The notes beneath the pieces were generated by a model that saw nothing but the letters and a program-made list of their open reading frames with translations, had not been told where the DNA came from and searched no databases. Source: an uncultured Eubacteriales bacterium (GTDB lineage: Bacteria; Bacillota; Clostridia; Peptostreptococcales; Anaerovoracaceae). Taken from it: 64,000 nt of DNA. Shown here in pieces: positions 56,924-64,000 of this stretch. Where the stretch lies: NCBI GenBank assembly GCA_902786855.1, contig CADAEH010000012.1:472-64471 (forward strand). Direction: 5' to 3'. Each line of letters opens with the position of its first letter. The stretch's first letter is position 1. The position numbers and the translations under genes are program-made.

Positions 56924-57736
56924 CTATCTGAAGAACTTAAGGAATTTCTTAGCGACCTTTACCTTTTTGTATTTATAGGTGACAGTTCTTGAACTGGTTC
57001 TGGTCTTGCCGTCACTGGATGTATATACTTCAGTCGAATCGGATTGCTTGACGTTTTTCTTCTTATCGTATTTATACTTATATGTAGTTACTGATGTCGC
57101 TTTTCCGGAATCGCTGCCATCGACCCACTCTTCTGTTCTGACTATTTTAGTCGGATTGCCTTTTTTATCATATTTGTAAGAATAATTTGACCAGCTTGAG
57201 TAGGTTTTATCAGTGTATTTTACGAAAGTGATATCACCCTTCTTGTTATACTTATAACTGTTTACCCCATTGCCGTCAGCGAATGTAAATACACTTTCTT
57301 TTTCCTTTCCGTTCTTATAGAACGAAACAGTATAAGTACCTGCCAGTTTATTGTACTGATCGTATTCGTACTGTTTTACCGGCAGACCTTTTTTGTTGTA
57401 TTCATACTTGTATGAATAGGCATAATCAAGTTTTCCGTTTTTATCATAACTTGTACCTGATGTAATATATCCCTTTTTATTGCGGGTATAAACCGTTTTA
57501 CTGCCATCAGAATAAGTTATAGTTTTTGCCAGACCATTTTTAAAATATGTGATATTGGTAGTTGAGGTAGAGCCTATGCTTCCGTCACTGTTCTTATAAG
57601 TAATAGTATTTGATGTAGTGACATACTTTGTTGTCTTGGATGCTGCGCTTGCCTCCTGTGTGAATGCGAACGGGATCGCAAAAACAAGGGCGAATGTGAG
57701 TGCCAGCGACAGATATCGTTTTACATGTCTCTTCAT
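56924..57736 (-). CDS. secreted repeat protein (MORN-variant / YwqK-like repeats)
   Basis: A signal peptide (ALVFAIPFAFTQEASA), then iterated Y.Y.KNG/KKG...Y motifs (YKYEYNKKGLPVKQYEY, YKYNKKGDITFVKY, YKYDKKGNPTKIV). Confidence 0.5.
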   Translation of the reverse strand: MKRHVKRYLSLALTFALVFAIPFAFTQEASAASKTTKYVTTSNTITYKNSDGSIGSTSTTNITYFKNGLAKTITYSDGSKTVYTRNKKGYITSGTSYDKNGKLDYAYSYKYEYNKKGLPVKQYEYDQYNKLAGTYTVSFYKNGKEKESVFTFADGNGVNSYKYNKKGDITFVKYTDKTYSSWSNYSYKYDKKGNPTKIVRTEEWVDGSDSGKATSVTTYKYKYDKKKNVKQSDSTEVYTSSDGKTRTSSRTVTYKYKKVKVAKKFLKFFR

Positions 57737-57917
57737 AAAGTGCCTCCTTTTTTACTCTGAACTACATCAGCCTTGCTTCCATATTAATTTTGCCCGATCC
57801 TGAAGCAAGCTGCCTTTCATATTTTGATTATATTAAGATTTTGAAGTATTTTCAATTATACTGTTATACTGTTGCAATAGGAATAAACGTAAAAGAGGAT
57901 CCGTTCGGATCCTCTTA

Positions 57918-59063
57918 TTACTCATCAGATCTTGTATTTATTTCTACTCCGTTTACACTTACACTCTCGCCTGCAGGTACCAGGATGTATGTCACCCCGT
58001 CTATCTGTTTTGTCTTTATCCTCAGTGCAGTTTCAGGATCTGTTATGATCCTTGTTTCAGGAGTCCTTACCTCAAATGATCTCTTCTGTATAAGATTTCC
58101 AATATTAAATGTTCCTGCTCCGTCAAAACGTTTCTCTACCGTTTCACCGAAATTTCTGATTTTGTCATCGGATATCCCCTTGTCCGACAGGATGTCCTCG
58201 ATGTCCCCGATGTATACTTCAGCTATCTCTGAAGGACTTTCTTCGTGGATCTCTTCTGCCTTTGCTGACAGCTTTGCCTGAAGAGATGTCACGATATCCA
58301 GACTGCAATCCTTTCCGAGGGCTTCTGCAAGAGTAAGGTTGAAGGTTTCTTTCTGGACATCTGCAGCCATAGGAGGATTTTCTATCATAAACAAAGATGT
58401 GATCAGTTCACCATGATTCCCGGACGTGCTCTTTGTATAATACTGGACCTGATAGATATCAGCGCTGCCTTCATCCAACACAGGGAATACAAATCCGACC
58501 GAAGGAGCCCCGAGGATCGTCCCCGTTGAAATGCCTCTGAACTCCTGCTGTCCGGGCTGATATTGAAGGGCAGCTTTAGACGTCTTTACCGGGCATATCG
58601 CACAGATGAAGTATTCGAACTGAGCGTTTGATTCTTCAGACCACTCTTCATTTCTGACTTCTTTTGTTCTGAGATCGTATGTATCCGCCGCAAGGATCAT
58701 CACGTAGCTTTCGCCATCCATATCAAGGGATCCTATGATCCTCTGATACAGCAGATCGCGCATGTTTTCATCTCTCAGCTGAGTGCTTTTGAGTGCCATG
58801 AGGAGTCTGTGTTCATCGCTGTTCCCCACTTTGTCTATCGGGAATTCCAGGGATATCTGATTCCTGCCGGCTTTGCCGGACAGTACCTTTTTAAGGATGG
58901 AAGCATACATTTCGCGTTCTTCCGACTTCATATCGAGCACCGGTATTTCCATCGTTGTGACGATCTCACCGGCGGCATTGACATAGCATCCGTATATACT
59001 CCTGAAATTACTCAGGGTCGTATCTATTCTTTTTCTTATTCTTCTGATTTCTTCAGGTCTCAT
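57918..59063 (-). CDS. DUF4317-family protein
   Basis: Start taken at MRPEEIRRIRKRID (59063). The N-terminal pattern ...IYGCYVN....EI......L....EEREMYASILKKVLSG matches my recollection of DUF4317 proteins of Clostridia. Confidence 0.55.
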   Translation of the reverse strand: MRPEEIRRIRKRIDTTLSNFRSIYGCYVNAAGEIVTTMEIPVLDMKSEEREMYASILKKVLSGKAGRNQISLEFPIDKVGNSDEHRLLMALKSTQLRDENMRDLLYQRIIGSLDMDGESYVMILAADTYDLRTKEVRNEEWSEESNAQFEYFICAICPVKTSKAALQYQPGQQEFRGISTGTILGAPSVGFVFPVLDEGSADIYQVQYYTKSTSGNHGELITSLFMIENPPMAADVQKETFNLTLAEALGKDCSLDIVTSLQAKLSAKAEEIHEESPSEIAEVYIGDIEDILSDKGISDDKIRNFGETVEKRFDGAGTFNIGNLIQKRSFEVRTPETRIITDPETALRIKTKQIDGVTYILVPAGESVSVNGVEINTRSDE

Positions 59064-59248
59064 CGATTCTCCATTCCGGCTGCAAAAAAGCGGCACTATA
59101 TAGTATCCAGTACAGTTTACCATATAGCACCGCTTTGAAATAAGCTTCAATCAGCATTTCCTATGCTGTCATCGTCGTGTTTTCACTTGTTCACAGACAG
59201 GAGACGGAGAACCGTCCCCTGTTTCACTGTTTCATCCTGTCTCCAGTT

Positions 59249-59283
59249 AAAAATAGGGTACTCAACCTCAGTTGAATACCCTA
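59249..59283 (-). terminator. rho-independent terminator after the GG-leader PepSY gene
   Basis: On the minus strand, UAGGGUAUUCAAC-UGAG-GUUGAGUACCCUA is followed by U5. Confidence 0.7.
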
Positions 59284-59316
59284 CAGCTGCAATTATGCTG
59301 AATTCAGTATGTTTTA

Positions 59317-59580
59317 TTAGTCTCTGTCCTTTTCAAAATCGAGGATAGCGCCTGTCTCAGCATCTATATCGAACTCGTACTCAACGCCGCCCTTATAGAA
59401 TTCTACCTCATATACCTTGCGGCCGTTCTCGTAATCCAGCTCGACCTTCTTTACAAGATCTACCTGATCCTTCTTGAGGTTAACATGCTGCAGTGCCTTT
59501 GCAAGTGCTTCATCCTGTGTGAGGGTGCCGCCTACAACATTTTCCATCATCTCATCGCTGATTTTCTTCATATCTGCCAT
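59317..59580 (-). CDS. double-glycine-leader precursor whose mature part is a PepSY domain
   Basis: The leader is MADMKKISDEMMENVVGG, with hydrophobic residues at -4, -7, -12 and -15 and no Sec-type signal. The mature 69 aa are PepSY-like (LTQDEALAKALQHVNLKKDQV...GRKVYEVEFYKGGVEYEFDIDAETGAILDFEKD). A GGGAGGA RBS lies 7 nt upstream. Confidence 0.75.
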   Translation of the reverse strand: MADMKKISDEMMENVVGGTLTQDEALAKALQHVNLKKDQVDLVKKVELDYENGRKVYEVEFYKGGVEYEFDIDAETGAILDFEKDRD

Positions 59581-59650
59581 TGATTTGTCCTCCCTGGTGT
59601 ATTCGTTATATATACATATGTGAATTAGTTCGAATATAAATCCGAATCAT

Positions 59651-59679
59651 ATTGTACCAAAAGCGTTTCAATTGAGCAA
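59651..59679 (-). promoter_or_regulatory. candidate sigma-A promoter for the PepSY precursor gene
   Basis: On the minus strand, TTGCTC - 17 nt - TACAAT with TG at -15/-14 (TGGTACAAT). It lies about 70 nt upstream of the ATG, in the 195-bp gap after the ABC gene. Confidence 0.35.
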
Positions 59680-59775
59680 TTAAATTCTCAATTTGGCTAT
59701 TATAATTTTGCTTTTTTACATGAATTGTCGCTTCTCCGGTCTGAAAGTTAGAGATGGGGGCCTTTCTGAAGACTG

Positions 59776-61959
59776 TCACATGTCCAGTCTCTGCCGGGCG
59801 ATCAGGTCCGCAAAGAATCCGTTCTTTTCGATCAGTTCATCATAAGTGCCTTCTTCGATTATCGTTCCCTGATCCATCACCAGGATGCGGTTGCAGCCTC
59901 GTATGGTCGACAGCCGGTGTGCGATAACGATGCGGGTGCATTTCAGCTCGCCCAGAGCTTCAGCGATCTGCTTCTGGGTGAGATTGTCCAGAGCAGAAGT
60001 AGCCTCATCAAAAATAAGAATATGCGGTTTGATCGCCACAGCCCGGGCGATCATCAGTCTCTGCTTCTGTCCTCCGGATATGCCGCCGTCTCCTTCGGAT
60101 ATCTGTGTCTGCATGCCCATCGGCATATCGCGGATGTCATCCGCGATTCCGGCGATTTCAGCAGCTTCCCATGCATCCTCGAGGCTCATCATTGGATCGG
60201 AAATGGCGATATTGGAGTAAATATCCCCCTGGAAAAGGCTGCCGCTCTGGGTCACGGTACCGATCCGCCGTCTGAGCGAGCGAAGATCCAGACCTGTCAG
60301 ATCTCTGCCGTCATAATAGATCGCACCTATTTCCGGAGTCTCAAAACCAAGCAGCAGACGTATCAGTGTGCTTTTCCCACAGCCGGTGGTACCGACTATA
60401 CCGATATAATCTCCGGCGTTTATCTTCAGATCCATGTCCTTGATAACGTATGGCATATCAGGACTGTAACGGAATGATACATTGGAAAGCTCTATATCCC
60501 CTTTCAGATCAAGTACCATGCTCTTGTTCTCGGAAGACTCCGGCTGAGCTTCGAGGATCGGCTTTGCCATATCAAGTACAGGCCTTATACTTGCGACAGA
60601 CAGACCTACTCCCGCCAGAGATGTAAAGGCTGAAGTCACTGAGCCGAAGGCTGTATTGAATGCTATATATTCTGAAGGCGAGACTCCGCTCCTGGTAGCA
60701 AAGTAGAACAGCATCACCGTTCCGATCAGAGAGACCGCGGTGGTTATAGCCTTACCTGTACGAATAACAGCCGGCGGGTTATACTTGAGCTGCGCTTCAT
60801 CTGCATATACATTTGCCCATTTGGCAAAAGCGCGCTTTTCTGCTCCGGAGAGGCGGATCTTCTGCACACCGTTTATCAGCGACAGACTTACGCTGTCCTC
60901 GTCTGCGCTCTTTTTCAGGATTTTCCTGCTGTGCCGCATCTGTGCCAGACCGGTAATAACGCCTACCAGTGAGCCGGTCAGAATGATCAGCAATGCCGGC
61001 AGCACCAGCGCAGGGGCAAAATGTATGATCTGTGTAATGTACAGCAGTGACAGAAACGCGGAAAGCCCCATAGAGAAAACACCCCCGAGCAGTGTTCCGC
61101 ATATCTGACCTACAGAGTTATACCGGCTCGCAAGCTCACCTGATGTAAAATTCCTGAAGAATCCGGCCGGCAGATTCATGATGCGCATCATCATCGCCGC
61201 GTCCAGTGAAAATGTGGTCTTGATACTGATCCGGTCCATCATCAGCTGGCGCCCGATAAGGATAAGCCGCGAAGTCAGGATAGCTGATATCATAAAGACC
61301 GCAGTTCCGGCAAGCAGGGTCACATTTGAGCTTTCGAGCACAAATCCCGTAATTGCACGTGTGATATCGGTCACCAGCATTCCTATCAGTGTCACCGCCA
61401 GTGACAGGATAAACATCAGAATATAATCTCCCGGTTCCAGACAGTTCTTGAGATATATCATCAGGTCTGGAATATCTATCTTCCGGAGAGGCAGCGGACG
61501 GTAAAAGCATAGAGCGTCCTCAGTCAGCTGCTCTGCAGTCTTTCGGTTGATCCTGATTCTCTCTCCGCTTTTCGGGTCGCGGTAGCTGTACCCATAAAAA
61601 CTGCCGGGCAGCAGAGCGACGGGTGCCCCGCTGTCGCGGAGAAACGCCAGCATCGGTCCCATAGCATCCTTGTACCACCCCTGTTCCAGCCTGACGGCGC
61701 GGCGCATTATTCCATGCGGGCGCAGGCAATACTCCAGCTGCTCGTCCGGATCAGTGACCTCTTCAGGGACATTTGCCGGTTCACAGTGATAGTATTTAAG
61801 GATCTCGTCTATAGCTTCCTTAGCGTATATATGATTATCTTTCAGACGGTCTGCCTGCCGCGATCCCATTACCGTAAAGGCGATGTTAAGCAGAGAGTCG
61901 TCCATGGCTTTCTGATCTGCCAGCTTGCGCTGGGCGATCTGTTCTTCAAACCATCCCAT
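59776..61959 (-). CDS. ABC exporter (TMD-NBD) with Cys-less N-terminal C39-like domain; NHLM/PCAT-partner type
   Basis: A roughly 170-aa N-terminal domain without an obvious catalytic Cys/His pair, and six TM segments. Walker A: GTTGCGKST. Signature: ISGGQKQRL. Walker B: ILIFDEATSALD. Confidence 0.75.
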   Translation of the reverse strand: MGWFEEQIAQRKLADQKAMDDSLLNIAFTVMGSRQADRLKDNHIYAKEAIDEILKYYHCEPANVPEEVTDPDEQLEYCLRPHGIMRRAVRLEQGWYKDAMGPMLAFLRDSGAPVALLPGSFYGYSYRDPKSGERIRINRKTAEQLTEDALCFYRPLPLRKIDIPDLMIYLKNCLEPGDYILMFILSLAVTLIGMLVTDITRAITGFVLESSNVTLLAGTAVFMISAILTSRLILIGRQLMMDRISIKTTFSLDAAMMMRIMNLPAGFFRNFTSGELASRYNSVGQICGTLLGGVFSMGLSAFLSLLYITQIIHFAPALVLPALLIILTGSLVGVITGLAQMRHSRKILKKSADEDSVSLSLINGVQKIRLSGAEKRAFAKWANVYADEAQLKYNPPAVIRTGKAITTAVSLIGTVMLFYFATRSGVSPSEYIAFNTAFGSVTSAFTSLAGVGLSVASIRPVLDMAKPILEAQPESSENKSMVLDLKGDIELSNVSFRYSPDMPYVIKDMDLKINAGDYIGIVGTTGCGKSTLIRLLLGFETPEIGAIYYDGRDLTGLDLRSLRRRIGTVTQSGSLFQGDIYSNIAISDPMMSLEDAWEAAEIAGIADDIRDMPMGMQTQISEGDGGISGGQKQRLMIARAVAIKPHILIFDEATSALDNLTQKQIAEALGELKCTRIVIAHRLSTIRGCNRILVMDQGTIIEEGTYDELIEKNGFFADLIARQRLDM

Positions 61960-61972
61960 AAGCCCCCTCCTT

Positions 61973-64000
61973 TCAATCGCTCGCTATCAGCCGCGCGTAG
62001 GTACCGTTGTTCGCCATGAGCTCTTCATGAGTACCTCGCTCTGCTACCTGTCCGTGATCCAGGACTATGATCTCATCACAATCCCTTATCGTAGACAGAC
62101 GGTGCGCGACAACTATACATGTGATGTTGCGGTCGCTGACCGCTTTTACCAATTCATATTCTGTCCTGGCATCGAGTGCTGAAGTCGCTTCATCCATGAT
62201 AAGGATAGTCGGATCCTGGGCGAGCACACGGGCTATCTCAAGCCTCTGCCGCTGTCCGCCGGAAAAGTCCTTGCCGTTCTCTGCCAGTTTGTAGCGGAAA
62301 CCGCTGCTTCTTGCCATGATATCGTCATAGATCTGTGCATCCCTTGAAGCCAGGATCATTTCAAAATCTTCGATGGATGTGTCCCACATCTTGATGTTGG
62401 CTGCGATGCTGTCATCAAAAAGGATTATTTCCTGGCTGACTACAGCCACTGAGCCGGTCAGTATGCTCCGGTCGATCTCATTCGCCGGTTTTCCGTCAAA
62501 CAGGATCTCTCCGCTCCATGGCTGGTTGATCCCTGAGATCAGTTTAGCGATCGTGGATTTGCCGCATCCGGAAGCCCCCACCAGAGCGATCTTGTCCCCA
62601 GGTTTTATATGCATGGAAAAGTCGCGTATCAGAGGTTCTTCCAGGCGCGAATATCCGAAGGTCACGTTTTTCAGTTCTACCTCACCGGAAAGTTTCTGAT
62701 AGTCCAGACTTTCGTCAAAAGGGGTATCAGAAATTGCAGGATCATCAGGATAAAGCATCACATCTTCTACACGCTCCATGTCGGTACGCATTTCCTGGAT
62801 GCTCTGTCCGGCCTCGATCAATCGCGTCGCCGGTACCATGAAGGAACCCAGAAATCCCTGGAACATCAGTATCGAACCAAGTGAGAATCTTCCCTGCATG
62901 GCAAGGAGTACTCCGAGGATCATCACCAGTGCGTCGGCCACTGTAGAAAGCGCTGCAGGAACAGCCCCGAGATAGCGGTTCAGACGGGCATATCGTACAT
63001 TCTGAGCATTAACAGATGCCTGATATCCGGACCATTTCTGGAAGTAACCGTTTTCCGAACCGCTGGCCTTGATCGTCTCTATCATCTGTATGCAGGAGAT
63101 GGTAGCTGCAGCAAGCTTACCGGTATCACGCATCTGGACACGCGTGATATTGATCCGTTTTGCAGATATTATCTGAGATACCAGAAGGTTGATGACGATC
63201 GTTGCTATACCGATCATTGTCAGCACAACGCTCATGCGCAGCATCAGAACAAGATATACGATCATCATGATCGTGTTCATGACCAGCGGAGCGATAGTAT
63301 TTACAAGTGTTGAAGCGATAGAAGCATTGGTCTCCTGCCGCTGAAGGATATCGCCCGACAGACGCTGGGAGAAGAAATCCATCGGGAGACGCAGTATCTT
63401 CCACATATATTCACTGCTGCCCACGACAGCCATCTTGCCGTTGATCCTGAGTGAGTATATGGCCAGCAGCCAGCCTGCAGCGATCTGCACGGTACCGACC
63501 AAAACCATCAGACCAAGAAACGGATACAGGAGTTCAGTATTTTCCCCTGTCAGCAGATGGTCCATAAAGAAGCGTGAAAAAGCAGGGTTTATTATTCCAA
63601 ACAGACTGCTTGCAAAAGTCGTAAGCATCACAAAGAGCAGTGCATAGCCGGTCCCTTTCATGTGTTTGCCTACAAACTCGAGCACACTTTTCTGCTTTCC
63701 TGAGGCTTCAAAATCCGGACCCGGGGTGATCTGGATGCATATGCCTGTAAAGGCCTGGTCGAGTTCATCCAGTGTGATGCGGAGATCTCCCCTTGCCGGA
63801 TCATTGATATATGCATACTTGCCTCTGAATCCCGTCAGAACTACGAAGTGATTGAAATTCCAGTGCAGTATGCAAGGCAGCACAACATCGCTGCGCAAAG
63901 CATCAGGCTCGCAGCTGAAACCCTGGGCATCAAAGCCATAATTCCTCGCCGCTTTCAGCATGTTTCTGGCATTGGACCCATTTCGTGAGACTCCGCAGTC
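61973..64000 (-). CDS. peptidase-containing ABC transporter (PCAT; C39 peptidase - TMD - NBD), 5' end outside the window
   Basis: The frame stays open upstream of the track Met to position 64000 (..DCGVSRNGSNARNMLKAARNYGF). C39 motifs HWNFNHFVVL and INDPARG are present. Walker A: GASGCGKST. Signature: FSGGQRQRL. Walker B: ILIMDEATSALD. The catalytic Cys region lies off-window. Confidence 0.8.
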   Translation of the reverse strand, partial: DCGVSRNGSNARNMLKAARNYGFDAQGFSCEPDALRSDVVLPCILHWNFNHFVVLTGFRGKYAYINDPARGDLRITLDELDQAFTGICIQITPGPDFEASGKQKSVLEFVGKHMKGTGYALLFVMLTTFASSLFGIINPAFSRFFMDHLLTGENTELLYPFLGLMVLVGTVQIAAGWLLAIYSLRINGKMAVVGSSEYMWKILRLPMDFFSQRLSGDILQRQETNASIASTLVNTIAPLVMNTIMMIVYLVLMLRMSVVLTMIGIATIVINLLVSQIISAKRINITRVQMRDTGKLAAATISCIQMIETIKASGSENGYFQKWSGYQASVNAQNVRYARLNRYLGAVPAALSTVADALVMILGVLLAMQGRFSLGSILMFQGFLGSFMVPATRLIEAGQSIQEMRTDMERVEDVMLYPDDPAISDTPFDESLDYQKLSGEVELKNVTFGYSRLEEPLIRDFSMHIKPGDKIALVGASGCGKSTIAKLISGINQPWSGEILFDGKPANEIDRSILTGSVAVVSQEIILFDDSIAANIKMWDTSIEDFEMILASRDAQIYDDIMARSSGFRYKLAENGKDFSGGQRQRLEIARVLAQDPTILIMDEATSALDARTEYELVKAVSDRNITCIVVAHRLSTIRDCDEIIVLDHGQVAERGTHEELMANNGTYARLIASD

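Overview
This 64-kb segment looks like a Gram-positive, Clostridia-type chromosome. That placement is inferred from gene content: Cna-B and Listeria-Bacteroides-repeat adhesins, CotH, a SpoIIE/PP2C phosphatase, split transketolase and DUF4317. All of the roughly 50 credible CDS lie on the minus strand. I recognised no rRNA, tRNA, CRISPR array, integrase or transposase.

Composition is mosaic. Spot counts on single 60-nt lines gave 30% GC (1441-1500), 30% (8161-8220) and 40% (5401-5460). They gave 52% (10021-10080) and 58% (16081-16140) to the right of about 9.8 kb.

Main blocks:
1. 1-9.8 kb is an AT-rich accessory block. It holds a tight four-gene cassette with a TerB-like protein, a lipoprotein and a MerR regulator. 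It also holds a macrodomain gene beside a PARG-like/NADAR fusion (three ADP-ribose eraser modules, no visible writer), a small membrane zinc-ribbon protein, and a terminator-bounded pair of orphan genes.
2. 9.8-36 kb is higher-GC and mostly housekeeping or transport. It contains a CPBP/Abi protease, a WYL regulator with a small ORF and a 27-aa hydrophobic peptide, and an HTH-desulfoferrodoxin fusion. It also has EamA, AEC and YeiH transporters around a translationally coupled VWA/metallopeptidase plus MoxR-type AAA+ pair. Further genes are a MerR-linked split-transketolase/dehydrogenase operon, a PP2C sensor phosphatase, a rhodanese lipoprotein, and an opine dehydrogenase beside a DHS-fold enzyme.
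3. 36.2-46.9 kb is one 3573-aa wall-anchored Cna-B adhesin gene. A 1.1-kb repeat-saturated non-coding region follows, including 11 tandem 62-bp units that each carry a TATATGAC-N23-GTCATATA palindrome.
4. 48-57 kb holds LtrA, CotH, a purine-salvage cluster and an acyl-CoA ligase.
5. 59.3-64 kb holds two PCAT/NHLM-type ABC exporters followed by a separately promoted gene. Its product is a canonical double-glycine leader fused to a whole PepSY domain.

The candidates I rate highest for novelty are the GG-leader PepSY cargo locus, the ADP-ribose eraser cluster with its neighbouring orphan pair, the TerB cassette, and the 62-bp palindrome array. All functional calls rest on motifs read by eye; no database search was possible.
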